Of a stretch of DNA of 64,000 bases, positions 1-12,352 are shown in pieces. The DNA lies in assembly GCA_051294905.1 (NCBI GenBank), contig CM119372.1:13952001-14016000 (forward strand). Reading direction: 5' to 3'. A program made the position numbers and the translations under genes. How positions within the stretch are numbered: the stretch's first letter is position 1; each line of letters starts with the position of its first letter. Source of the stretch: Botryllus schlosseri (Eukaryota). The notes beneath the pieces were generated by a model, which searched no databases, was not told the origin of the DNA, and was given only the letters and a program-made list of their open reading frames with translations.

Positions 1-679
1 CACATTTTGACAATATGTGTTTACCGTCAGTCTGCTTGATCGGCTCACTTTCAATAGGACAATTCATTCCCGCAAAATAAGGCCTACTTGGAAAGACATT
101 GAATACCCCTATAAATTAAGGTCAACTTTCCACTCAGATCCCGAAATTCCCGCCGGAGCGTCACATCGGTGCTAATTTACGGCATCTTAGTCGGGTTTTG
201 CTATAAATATGACCAAAATTCTCAAAAAAAAGGACAAAAGGGCGTCCTCCGAGGACACTTTCAAAAAAGTCGAAAACGAGGACAAATCCTCTTGAAAGAG
301 GACGAATGGTAACCGTACTATAAATGCTGCGGCCCGCGGCGTCGTCAAAACTGGAAAACTGGCCCGCGAGCACATTTGAGTTTGAGACCTCTGGATTACT
401 GCAATGTTAGCGTTGGTTGAGAGAAAACCGGTGCTTCCATTGCATGGTTTTACTCGCACGCCAGTGCAGGTGCCCGGAGGTCACATTTTTTAGACTGGAT
501 AGCGGATCCTGCCGATGTGGATGCAATTGAATTTTGCTCCATAGCGATAAGCTCTGTATAAGGCGCGACAGCGACGTGACAAGGTGAAGGACTGAAAGTA
601 GGATTGGATAGACATCGGATTGCAGCCCACTTATTCAGAATCAGCAATGATATATATTGGGAATCGCGGATGTTCAGAC

Positions 680-1170
680 CAATGTTTCCTCTAATTTTTG
701 ACGAGTCTGCGCACACTCACTACGCAGACCCCTGGACAACAGTGCGTAACGACTAAAAAAGGATTTTCTTGCGCACAACTAAGAACCTCTTGTCGTTACA
801 CTAACACTGTTGCCCTACCTCGCCCAGACATTGCTTCATTGATCATTTGCTACCATTGTTTAATTTTTTTTTTCTATTTTCCTTTCGTAACTAAACATTT
901 TTTTACAGCCAGACTGTTCTGAGTCAAGTGTACCTGTTTGATGCTGGTGTGATCAGACTAGATGACCTTCACGGTCTTATCGATCATTCCTATCTAATAC
1001 CGAATACTGTACACGCATATTTTCTGTACCACCATCACTGCCGTTTGTTATGTATTTTGGTTCGATGAAAATAAAGACTCTCTCTCTCTCTCTCTCTCTC
1101 TCTTTTCTGTGCGCAGAGATCGTGTCAGCACTGAGCATTTGCGCACGTGCGCAGCTTAGATGGAATATTG
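680..1170. mobile_element. Small hAT-type MITE (TIR CAATGTTCCCTCTAA family) interrupted by a retroelement tail
   Basis: Ends CAATGTTTCCTCTAA / TTAGATGGAATATTG; flanks GTTCAGAC / GTCCAGAC (7/8 TSD). Relatives at 4318-4482 and 56892-57076. Confidence 0.75.
790..1102 (+). mobile_element. Non-LTR retroelement 3' tail ending AATAAA-(TC)n
   Basis: Absent from the intact MITE copy at 56892. A reverse-strand relative lies at about 26911-27070 (GAGAGAGAGTGTTTATTTTCATC...CTAGTCTGATCA). Confidence 0.6.
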
Positions 1171-1626
1171 GTCCAGACTCTATATATCCCTGTAAGGTAG
1201 GGTTAACATATTTTAAGATCCGAAAAAGAGGACACTCTTCAAGTTAAAATAAGATGAAAATTTTGGGAAATAATAAAGGTCATAACACTGGGCAACAATT
1301 TTGAACGAAAAATTTGTTGACTTCGATTTTGCACTTCTGCACCAAAAATGCAGCTGGTTTTCTTCTATCACGTCAAGTTTTTGCTCTGCGACATACGCCC
1401 AAAATATGCAAATTTTCACGAATTTGGCCATATGACTTTTACCATATAATAAGGGATCAATTGAATTATTAGGAAATAAGGTAGGCCCATTTTTTGTTAG
1501 AGGATGCAATTATAGAATGTAAACGTTTACATTCTATAATGCAATCATCCAAGGATATTTCACACACATATTTGACGCAAACTGCGGTATATGGCAAGAA
1601 ATAAACATTACATTTACTATCAGCTG

Positions 1627-3129
1627 CAGAGGTGGTCAAAGTAGTCCAGAAATCTATTCAAGTAGAAATAGAAGTAGCGACGAAAAAATCTACTCAAGTG
1701 CGAGTAGAAGTACTTCTCCCATAAGCAACTTAAAACTACTTGAAGTAGAAGTAGAATTGACTGACTTTAAAAGAACTCATGTAAGTATAAGTAGTTATGA
1801 AAACGATCGTAATTCGTTTACATGGATTGTAAAAAGGTGCAAATTGAGCTATGCGATAGGTGGCGAGCTTGATTCATATTGATGCATACCAGCAGGTATC
1901 CAATTTTCGATAGCATAAGTATTCGCCCACATCATGGGATGAAAATGATAGTATTGATATGGATATGCGATGCTAATCCTCTGTTTTCTCGAACAGCACG
2001 TTTTAGAAAATAGCATGGTTTGGCGCCATCCCCCATATTATAACGTCCGTAGTTTAGTCGCTTGCGTCTTATATTCTCTGCATTACTTTTCATTCAGTGT
2101 GCATGCCTCTTATTTACTTCGCCTAGGCTAAGGTGGGTGTCTGATCTTAATGGCTACTCCAAGTTGTTTCGACACCTTCCTATCTTTTCATTGTATCGCA
2201 ATCTTGTGATGTTTTGAAACGATGAAAATATTAATAAACCTGACTGACTGACTGACTGACTGACTGAAGTTGTATAGGATACGGTGTAAACACTCTGCGC
2301 CATTAGTAAACGTTAATAAAAAATATGGTGGACCGTAAAAATGCCATATTGTGTAGCTTTATTTCCATAAATTAAATTAAAGGCATTACTACACTTGCTT
2401 TTATACTTCAACCTGTATGTTATCCAGACAAAAGAACTGATAATAATTATAGCTCAAAGTATATGATACTGGGAATTGAAAGTGAAATATAAATACTACT
2501 TCTAAAAGCAGAACATGTTTTTCATGTTTTTAGTCCAGAAAGTTTCAAAGGTGGTATGCTAAAACAGCTCTAAAACTAGAAAAAGTCAGAGTTCCCTTTT
2601 CCAGATTTGGACACGCCATGGACATGCTAGATTACGATATGACAAGTAAATGCTAGATTGCGAAACATCAGTTTCAAACGTTATGATGAGCCATATATAC
2701 TGTGATGAATTATTTGATATGGACGAAGGGAGACAATGTGGTGTGAACGGAACCACGCCAACCCTCTACCTAAATTATATTCACCGATACTTTCGTGAAA
2801 TCATACTGGTCACTCTGAAACCTCCGTATCCAGCACTGCGCGCGAAGCGCGACGAAAATTCTGGGGTACTAAACTTTCATGAAAATTAATTGTTGATACT
2901 CCATGAAAACAACCCTGAAATTCCTCAGGCTATCTTCCTGATTGGAAGATTGAACTACTTCTACTTGACAAACTGGAAATAGCGAAAAGTAAGTAAGTAG
3001 AGTACAAAATATTACGAAGTAGAAGTAGAAGTAGCGAAAATCAGATCTACTTGAGTAAGTACCAGAAGTAGAGGAAAACTACTTGAGTACTTCGAAAAAG
3101 TAGAAGTACTTCGCTACTGACCACCTCTG
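1627..3129. mobile_element. Non-autonomous hAT-like element with AAGTAG subterminal arrays
   Basis: Ends CAGAGGTGGTCA...TGACCACCTCTG with dense AAGTAGAAGTAG repeats; no clear TSD. A second terminal fragment lies at about 55715-55895 (reverse). Confidence 0.7.
2060..2267 (+). mobile_element. L2/CR1-group LINE 3' tail with AATAAA and (CTGA)n
   Basis: Near-identical to 8095-8290 and to reverse copies at about 8795-8950 and 56191-56324/58186-58270. Confidence 0.8.
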
Positions 3130-4492
3130 GCTATAGGTCCAACGCCTCACTTGACTTATCCAGTTTAAGTTGAAACTCTTATACGCTCTATAATTTGGAT
3201 CAAGATGAAGATCTTAGGGATAGCAGAGCTAATGATGAAGATTTTGAAATTTAAGATGATTCAGAACGTAGAGTAATCCATCAACACAAGTTATTGATCT
3301 GACATAAGTTTTAGGACTTGGAATAAAAAATTTCGGAACTTTTAACATCCTTACGAAGTGAGAAAAGATTAGTTGGCGAGGTAGAGAAGGTATCTCACGT
3401 TCGATCAGGAGAATCAGCCTTTTCTTCGTAGGCCAACTTTCGGTAGCTTTGTGAATTGCCGTGATACTGGCATTGGCATGATACTGTTACCATATATTAG
3501 TGGAGGAGTTAAGAATCCCGATTTACAACTCAAGTGAATGGCAAATGCATATAGGTAGCTGAAAAATTATCCTAAAGTGAGACATTCTCCAGAATGGCAA
3601 CGTCCTAGGTGCAGTAACAATTGCACACTAAGTTACTCTTCGTGAATAATACAGAAACATTGAAAATAATATGGAAACATTGAATTGTTGCAATATCACG
3701 AGCACGATTGGATCATATGCGTCAGCTTTGAAATATTGTGTTTTCTTGGTGGTCAGACAACAAGGATGCACATGTAACCCTGATACACATGTACCACTGC
3801 CATATGGTTATGTCGGGCAGCAGACATTAAAAAAAGCTAAAATATCTAAATAATTTCCCGGAAAACCTTGACATAGTCAGAGATGGGCAAGGAGAAAATG
3901 TCCCCAAACATCTCAAGATGATGGGGGTAAGATACCAGAGTAGATTGGAGCTTACATATGTCAGCTGACTATTGCTCGAGTATCAATCTAGACAAACTAC
4001 AGAACTATTATTAACTTAAATTTGGACCCTGAAACTCACACTTTATTTGTTCTGCAGAAGCAATATCAGTTTGAATCAACCAAATAAAGCAGTGCAAATG
4101 TTTATTAGAAGCCTATTCATTTACTTTCGATTGCTTGTGGTTTTTGAAACGTTTTATACAATAAACACAAAATATTAAAAATAGTGCTATTATGTGGGTT
4201 ATGGGACAATGTGGTGGGTGCCTAACGCAAAAACTTGACGTGATAGATTAAAACGGAAGTCATTTATGAACTCAACGCCCAAAAGTCAGTCCAAATCAAT
4301 TGTCTGAGCAGTGTAATCAATGTTCCCTTTAAGCTGCGCGGCCGCGCACTGTTGACAAAGTCGCCGCGTGCACAAAAAGCCGATGTGATGCCCTTTTTTT
4401 AGTCGTTACGCACTGTTGTCAAAGGAACTGCGCAGTGAGTTGGTGAGTGCGCGCAGCCTCGTCCATAATTATAGCGAACATTATTCATAATT

Positions 4493-4795
4493 TAGGGTTA
4501 CCGTATTTTGGAAATCTGAAAAGAGGGCACTTTTTCAACAATACCGGAGTAAAAATGGTAAATTTTTCCGACTTTGTGATTGGTTGACTAAAAAATAGGT
4601 CAACTTTCCGGCTCAGCTCCCGAAATAGGCGCCGGGGCGTTACTTCAGTGATTATTTACTGTATCTCAGTCGAATTTTCCCCTATATTTAACCAAAGTTC
4701 TCAAGAAAGAGGACGTTTGGACGTCCTCCGACGACACTTTCAAAAAAGTCAAAAAAGAGGACAGATCCTCTTAAAGAGGAGGTATGGTAACCCTA
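4493..4795. mobile_element. MITE, TAGGGTTACCATA family (GAGGAC-rich ends)
   Basis: TAGGGTTACCGTA ... TATGGTAACCCTA. Other full or partial copies at 1-317, 1198.., ..6642, 9423-9847, 15899-16245, 16997-17233, 30791-31126 and 38697.. Confidence 0.8.
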
Positions 4796-4942
4796 TATGT
4801 CATAATTATATGCTGGTCGCTCTGTAGGTTGAAAGAAGGTCAACATTCCAAGTCGATACCCTCAACCCGGTTTCCAGAGACAGTTTCCGTGTGTTTGACC
4901 CTTTTTAGTCCACCCCGCGCCTGTTTCAGTAAAAGCCTATTA

Positions 4943-6464
4943 CAGTCATCTCCCGGTTAAGTACGCAACTTGATCCTGAGTAGTTTGTGCGAACTTATGT
5001 GGTAGTGCGTACTTAGCAGATATGCAGCCACCTAGTGCAGATATGCGTGCAGCTAAGCACAAATTTTGCATTTATACGTCATTGACGATACGTTGCCCAT
5101 GTTCATTTTTTGTTGTGTCGTTTTATATGCCATTACTTTCTGTAAAGTGTACATTACAGCCCAAGTAATTTGTTTGGCACAATTTTTGCGCTCGCATGAT
5201 GTCAGGTAAAGGTAAGATTGGAAGTCATCGCCAAGTTGTGTGTGCCGTCCGCTCCGAGTAAAAGAAGGTTGTTTGTGCAAATGCCACAGGAGCACACAAA
5301 GCTCCGTGCACATTGATTGGTAAACCTAAATCTCCGGCCCGTATAAAGAATCGGAGATGGCCTGTCAAAAATCTTAGTCGGCGTATAGCATGGATGGACG
5401 TTGACACATGTTGGAAATGGTTCAACGAAGTGTTTTATCCTGAAGTAAAAAAGAGAACAGGACGCTCGGTTCTCTTGTTGGATAACGCTACGGGACATTT
5501 TACAGCCTTTGAACGGAATAACGTCAAAGTGGAATACTTCCCACCAAACTGTACTAGTTGGAAACACCCGTGTGTCATGGGAATCATCGCGGCAATGAAG
5601 GAGAGGTACAAATATTTATATCTCAATGAGTTTCTGGACTTTTACGAGCTTGACGAGAACTTGAAGCCCCACAAGAAAAATCTAGCTAACAGATTACCCG
5701 GAGAGGCAGCACGTGTTGCTCATTTGCTGGATGCTGCTCATTATGTATAGCAAGCATGGGATTTAATATTGGGTGCGTCGGTAACAAACTCCGGCTCAAC
5801 TACTAACTCCGTTGGATGGGGGCGTTGATGAAGAAGCTATCTTTATGTCTGACATGTCTGAAATTTTGCGCTGTTTCAAGTCTGTGGATATTTCGATTGA
5901 CAAAGACGAGCTATAGAAGGATTTATGCATGTTGATGACGAGAATAATGAAGAGTATTTAAGGCAATATTGGGTGACGTGAATGAGGTGTTGAAAACGAT
6001 GCAGACTGAAAATTATGACACTGATGATGAGGCTGGCTCAAGCAACGATTGTATACCTGTCGAAAACACCATCGTTTTCAACGGCTTTGAACAACTTTAC
6101 AACAAAGTGCCTGTAGTTGAGGATCACTTGCTGTGTCCTGCCTTACAGGATCAAGCAGGACATGCTTCCGATAATCCCAAAAGCAATTTTGAATGCTTTC
6201 AGCGAAAACTGAGACAGGCGACGTTGGAAGCCATAAGCAGAAAAGAGTGTAAAATAATTATCAGATCACTTTACACGACATGTTCAAGCATTGAACTATT
6301 GTTTAATTGACGTTCAAGTTTTCCAGTTAATCCAGTTAATGTAGTTGCTGTTTGAAATAAAAAAAAATTGCTGAAAAAGTTGAACCCAGAATTTGTGAAG
6401 AATTTTTGCGTACTTATTTGGGATGCGAAATTAAACGGGTGCGTACTTAACCGGTAGTTAACTG
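4943..6464 (+). mobile_element. pogo/Tigger-family DNA transposon, deleted and pseudogenised transposase
   Basis: TA|CAGTCATCTCCCGGTTAAGTACGCA ... TGCGTACTTAACCGGTAGTTAACTG|TA (22/25 TIR match, TA TSD). ORF 5313-5750 has the DDE_1 motifs AWMD, VLLLDNA.GH and FPPNCTS..HP..MGII. No DNA-binding region is seen and stops follow downstream. Confidence 0.9.
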
Positions 6465-6983
6465 TATTACGTGAAATTTGTGGGGAGTTGACCTTTATTA
6501 GTCGTCTCTGTATTGTCGCCTTACAATCAATACAAAAAGAGCGGACGGATTGCGGAGGATATTTGAGCATCCTCGGAGAACATTTCATTTTTATTGAAAA
6601 AAAGAGGTCAAATCCTCTTAAAAAGGTCATATGGTATCCCTATTCTTAGGTAGATGACTGTCGGTCGAGCTGTTTAAATTGTTATAAGATTAACATATGC
6701 AACTCATTTTCGGTGTCGAGGTCGTTGCAAAAACGGCAGTCGTATTAGGACACGCATGTACTGTACGTCTGCTTGATTAATTAACAGACTTTTACGAAAT
6801 CTCTTGGAAGGATTCCTACGTTTCATTGTACTGAATTAAATTGTGGTAATAAAGATATAATAAATTTTGTTCAAACCTACCTTCACCATGCAGTACTAAA
6901 TGACGATCCGTTAGATGGCGAAAGATATCAATATCAAACGTTCGGTGTTTTTGACTGGTCCGGCAACCGAGCCAAATTAAATC

Positions 6984-7450
6984 GGTTCCATACTATTACC
7001 GAGTATGCTATTACCGAGATGGACATTACCGAGAATAGATATTACCGAGAACGGACATTACCGAGAACGTACATTACCGAGAACGGACATTACCGAGAAT
7101 GGACATTAACGAGAATGGCCAATGCCAAGAATCTAGCTTACTGTAACGGACGTTGCCGAGAAATTTATACCTGAGAATCGATACCGAATGTGGCAACGCC
7201 GTGATGCACACACACGACCTGTTCATATGCATAACATGCCTGCATTGCATATATTGCATTCTCGGTTATGTCCGTTCTCGGTGGTGTCCATTCTCGGTGA
7301 TGTCAATTCTCGGTATTGTCCATCCTCGGTAATGTCCATTCTCGGTATTGTACTTCTCGGTAATAGCATTCTCGGTAATGGCATTCTCGGTAATAGCATT
7401 CTCGGTAATAGCATTCTCGGTAATAGCATTCTCGGTATTGACTGGGCACG
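6984..7450. mobile_element. Foldback (Mutator-like) MITE built from inverted arrays of 15-16 bp ATTACCGAGAATGGAC units
   Basis: Left and right arrays are reverse complements around a unique core; flanks ATTAAATC / ATTAAATC. Second copy at 55015-55422. Confidence 0.8.
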
Positions 7451-7894
7451 ATTAAATCTTACATCCCTAAATGAGAGTGAAAAATTTCCCTTGTACCGTT
7501 ATTGCGGTGGCTCTTAGCCTTTACTAACTTTTCTAACCCTTTCCCTGCGGCTTTCGTGGAACCCCAAATTTGCGCTGAGTCACAAAACAAAAATCCACCA
7601 CTTTTATTACTAATGTTTTTCTGAGCAAATAGGACTTCTGTATAGTTGTTTTTCAGAGACGAGTAGTAAGAGGCTTTGTCTCAAAAACAGAAATTCTCAT
7701 GTCATTTAGTATGCGAATCGATTTCTTTTTTAAATTTAACATCTCCATGTTCGCTTTATGCGGGCATGGGTACGAATGACATGACAAATTCAGGGGAAGC
7801 TTTTGTAATAAGAGGATTACTTTCCATTTATTGGCACCAGACGATTGCCGATTTGTTGTATTGAAGTTTCTTTTTACGTGTTGCTTTCTTGAAG

Positions 7895-8290
7895 CTCGAT
7901 ATTGCCATTCAAGTATAATCCGGACCCGATTGTGGAACAGCATCTCGCCGGCTATCCGACAGTCGTCGAGCATGTCCGCATTCAAGTCGAAATACAAGCA
8001 ATTTCTTCTAAATGAATACCAGCCAGCCTTCAGGATTACCGGACAACAACCTAACATCGACCTCGCCTTCCGCCACATGCCATCCTATTTTGACGCTTGC
8101 GTCTTATATTCTCTGCATTACTTTTCATTCAGTATGCATGCCTCTTCTTTAGTTCGCCTAGGCTAAGGTGGGTGTCTGATCTTAAAGACTACTCCAAGTT
8201 GTTTCGACACCTTCCTATCTTTTCGTTGTATTGCAGTTGTGTGGTGTTTTGAAACGATGAAAATAATAATAAAACTGATTGATTGATTGC
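7895..8290 (+). mobile_element. 5'-truncated L2/CR1-group LINE (ORF2 C-terminus plus 3' UTR, (GATT)n tail)
   Basis: LWNSISPAIRQSSSMSAFKSKYKQFLL is a typical ORF2 end; same family as 56191-59119. Confidence 0.8.
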
Positions 8291-9422
8291 ATGCTGACTA
8301 TTGATTCTAGCAAAGTAGTTTTGAAAATAATTTCCTGCAAATGCTCAGTAAATAATGTCTTGAGCATATGGGTGTCGAACTCAACTTGAGTAGCGGGCCG
8401 GACCAGTCAAATGATTCCAAGATGTTAACCTTGAAATACATACCTTTGTTTGTCACTGGAATGTTTATTACCAAGCCTTACATAATATAGTAGCTTACAT
8501 TATATTACGAGTCATAGTGACTCTAATCCAGCACCACATTCATTCGCAAAGAACGGAATTGGCAAAAATACAGTGATATGTTTGCTTAAATCGTGATGCG
8601 ACGTTTGTTGACGTTGTTTGTGGTATACATGGTGTTTGCGACTACTATATGGTCAATGGTCATTTACACCAGCCAAGTTTCTTCATTTTTATTCCGTAGC
8701 TGCCCACTTGTGGCACGACTCACTTCTAGGCGTAAGACACCGCTTACACGGATGAGATGGAGAGGACGAGCCTAGATAAACCTCCGACACTTACGCGACT
8801 TGGAGTAGTCTTTGAAATCAGACACCCACCTGGCCTAGGCGATGTAAAATGGAAACATTCACACTGAATGAAAAGTAATAACATATAATATAAAAGGACA
8901 GAAGACAAAAGAGGAAGCATGTGTCGGAAGGCGTGATTTTGGGGCATATCCCCAGACAACTCGGAGCGGAGTGTGCACTCTTTTCTCGGAATTTGGTATC
9001 AATGTTCCTAATATGGTGATATTGGTGATTATACAGCGAAAAATCAAACAAGCCGTCGGACGATTAGAAAATGGCGTGTGAACATGTTCGACATTTGCTG
9101 TCCTTAGGAGATATAAATACGTAAGTATCTCTCTCTTAGAAATTTGCTGGATAATCTCATAGGCCTAAGCATTTTCTCGTTTACGCGGAATTGCTTCGAT
9201 GTTTCATACCCTCTGAAGTTTTGCAACTTCGCTATTAATTGCGGTATCGGAGATTGTTTGTTTTTGTGGTAATCATGGTGTTTGTCGACTACTATGGTCA
9301 TTTACACCAAGCCGATATTCTTCATTATTTTCCGTAACTGCCGACTTATAGCAAGGCCCACCTCTAGGCTTTTTGTAAGACTCCGCTTACGTGGATGAGG
9401 GGGCGAGGAGGAGCCTATAGGT

Positions 9423-9847
9423 TAGGCTTACCATACGTCCTCTTTTAAGAGGATTTGTCCTCTTTTTGACTTTTTTGAAAGTGTCCTCGGAGGACGCCCT
9501 TTTGTCCTCTTTTTTGAGATTTTGTCCTTTTTTTTGAAAATTTAGGTCAGATATAGAGGAAATTGCGAGTGATATGCCGCAAATTAGCGCAGAAGTGAAG
9601 CTCCGGCGGGTATTTCGGAGGAAAAGCGGTGACCTTTTTTTTTTTTAGTCATCCACCTGGCAATGTAGAGTAAAAAACGTTATTTTGAGATCTGAGCGGA
9701 AGTGAAGACCTTTTTTTTTTTTTTTTAGTCAACCGACCGCAAAGTGGGAAAAATTCACCGGTTTTTGTGAATTCTACTCCGGTTTTGTATCTTGCAAATT
9801 TCTGAAAAAGTGTCCTCTTTTTGCATTTTCAAAATATGGTAAGCCTA
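9423..9847. mobile_element. hAT-type MITE inserted into a SINE body
   Basis: Perfect TIR TAGGCTTACCATA and perfect 8-bp TSD CTATAGGT. Uninterrupted host sequence is visible at 8761-8790 and 59151-59180. Confidence 0.9.
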
Positions 9848-10374
9848 CTATAGGTAAACCTCCAACACTGTATCGGAGCTATACATACCACTATTTGTTA
9901 CTATCACGTAAGCTTCAATACGTTTCAGCTGGACAATACAAAAAAAATTCTATTCGCTGACATACCATTCAGTGTGCCGTTTGTTAGTGTTTCAGAGGAC
10001 GCTCATGGTGAACCCCTGAAACAGCTTCGTCAAACCCTAGTTAAGAACCACTCCGTTATATTAATGTCTCACAAATGACGTAATACCTAGCCTAATAACA
10101 TTATTTCAATTGCCCATTTATTTTTGATTCGAAGTAAACGGACAAGGACTAACCAAACTTATCGCAATTGCCTATACAACAATCAGAGAAATAGGATGTA
10201 TCGCACTTGAGAGATCATTCGTTATACGTTATACTCGTAACTGTTTACCTCAACCGCGCATAAAGCATGCTTCAGCCTCCCGAGTGCAGGGTGCAGGCCT
10301 ACATTTCTACACAGCACAGTATAGCTTCGTGTTAAACCTTTGGTCTCAGCATTAGGATCTTCGCACGTAACCAT

Positions 10375-11379
10375 TCATGACGTCGAGGAGCACAGGTGTG
10401 CTTCAGGGTGACACCCTGGCACCATTCTTGTTCGTGGTTATCCTTGACTTTGTGCTACGAACGGCCTTCCCTACAAACTTCTTTGAATGGCGGCCGCGGC
10501 AAGGAACGCGCACGCGTACGACTCGCGAGGCAATCCACGTAGGTATTCATGCCTACGCAGACGACCTAGCCCTGCTTGCCCCGAACACCGCATCGGCGCA
10601 GCGCCTCGTTAACCAGCTAGAGGCCGCCGCCGCTCTTGTTGGCCTCCAGATCAACGCTAAGAAGACTGAGGTTCTGGCCATACCAGCACTACCGGAGAAC
10701 GCGACACCAATTCAACTGGGAGATATCGATCTCAAGTATGTAACGAGTTTTGTATACCTCGGTATTGACGTCGCTGACTCTGGAAAAGCGCTCAAGGCGA
10801 GGCGAGCAAAGGCCTGGGGCGCGGCAAGACGGCTACATAGCCTCTTCCATTCAAGTGCCTCAACCCAGCTCAAGACCCGCATCTTCCGTGCCACTGTCGA
10901 GCAGGTTCTTTACGGAATAGAGGCACTCACGCTGACAGAGAAGCTGGCTAAGATGCTCAACGCTAACTACGACGCACTCCTCCGCTATGCACTAGGCATT
11001 CACCATCCGGAGCATATATCCACGAACGCATTGCGAGAACTCATAGGAACGGTCCCATGCCGTCTACTGGCAGCTGAACGACGCTTCCGCCCAATCGGCC
11101 ATCTAGTGCGGCATCAAGACGAGCAACCAGCCGCCGCCATCATCAATCACATTCCCACGGAGCCATGGCGCAGAGGTGGCTGGAATCGGAGAACATGGCG
11201 CTCGACAATGGAGACTGATCTAGCGCAACGCGGGCTGTCGCTTGAAGACGCCCACGACCGCCCACGTTGGAGACGCTTAACACGAGCCCAAAACTGACTA
11301 TCTCGATGTTCTTTTTGTCTCCTGTTTTCTTTTGCCCTTTTTTATTTTATCTGATTGAAAAGTCGATATATATATATAT
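10375..11379 (+). mobile_element. Young 5'-truncated non-LTR retrotransposon, RTE-like reverse transcriptase (ORF 10377-11297)
   Basis: Uninterrupted frame with GVLQGDTLAPFLF, YADDLALL, GLQINAKKTE and FVYLG; short 3' UTR and (TA)n tail; TSD ACGTAACCAT at 10365-10374 and 11380-11389. Visibly more GC-rich than its flanks. Confidence 0.92.
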
Positions 11380-12352
11380 ACGTAACCATCGGCAAAGCAA
11401 AACACACCAACTTTGACTCCCCCGAACAGGCAATCATGTTCAATGCATTGCATTATGTTGTATTCAACCACAGGCGGATTTGGTGGTCCGATTACAACCT
11501 TTCGCCTCGTCTGTTAGCACCGTAATTATGTATTGAGTCGAAAATGCTACGCACTGACGCTATACTGAATGAATGAACTTGAACACTGAGTAGTCAGTGG
11601 TCGGGAACCAATGGCTCGCGAGCCATATATGGCTCTTTTGGGTATAAGATATGACTCTTTGCCAAATATTATTTTTTATACGGAATTGATCAATATTGCA
11701 GCGACTTGTTAGTAGATTTTCCTCATGGGGAGAATAATTATTCTCGTGGCAGTATAAACATGTTTTTGAGAGGTAAAGACAATGCCGTCTTCAACTGTAG
11801 GGGCTCCGACCACATCTTTTCAAAATACTCAAATTTAAGTTACTGTCGCGCCGGTGACCAATATCACTCGCGAATTCGAGGTACCCGACTCGAAATCTTG
11901 GATTGTGCGATACGTTGATTAATCAAAGATCATAGCAGACATGGCGACGCCAATATCACAACGCAGTTTTCAAATACACATTGTCTTCTTGATTCACAGC
12001 GCGAAATGAACGGTCGTGGACGTAACAGTCACAATTACAAACTCGAATTACAAACAACGCCTTTATTGGTAAGTATCTCCCCGATAAAATGTGCGCGTGT
12101 AGCGCAAAGACATATTACCGCCGAATACTTGAGAATTGAGCAGTCGATCAGTATTTGGAGTTTTGGAATCAGTGAGGCAGTTGCATTTGATAATTAATAG
12201 TTATAATAAATTTTAAGCTATTTACGATAAGTGCGTTATCAATGGTGAGGCTTGGCCTGTCTGTGCCTTACCTTTCGTTTCGAGATTTATTTTCAAGCAA
12301 TATAAATACCAGTTTTTACAGAGAAAATGTGGTGTACCTGACGGATCCCATG

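Larger units (their letters stand above)
1286..4313 (+). mobile_element. Degenerate Chapaev3-like (CMC superfamily) DNA transposon, internally deleted and interrupted
   Basis: TAA|CACTGGGCAACAATT ... AATTGTCTGAGCAGTG|TAA (CACTG TIR, 3-bp TSD). Broken frames at about 3540-3990 read ILQNGNVLGAVTIAH, HEHDWIICV, VRDGQGENVPKHLKMMGVRYQ and HMSADYC. These resemble the VLLHNGN / H.W.IC.DLK / VSDEQGERFHQ..MEERYQG..MADYCW motifs I recall for this family. Confidence 0.7.

Noticed and set aside
3277..3284. TGATGGAT Hox-Pbx cores here and at about 63940 (reverse strand)
   Set aside because: Both lie inside transposon remnants, which shows the 8-mer arises by chance and tempers the 25496 site.
6995..7440. 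Regular 15-16 bp repeats as a CRISPR array or repeat protein (ORFs 7188-7517, 7223-7429, 55122-55421)
   Set aside because: No unique spacers and no cas genes, in a eukaryotic context; the arrays are the inverted arms of a foldback MITE with flanking duplications.
10377..11297. RT ORF as a domesticated host gene or a bacterial retron/group II intron RT
   Set aside because: It begins mid-RT domain, has a microsatellite tail and is bounded by a TSD, so it is a 5'-truncated LINE copy.
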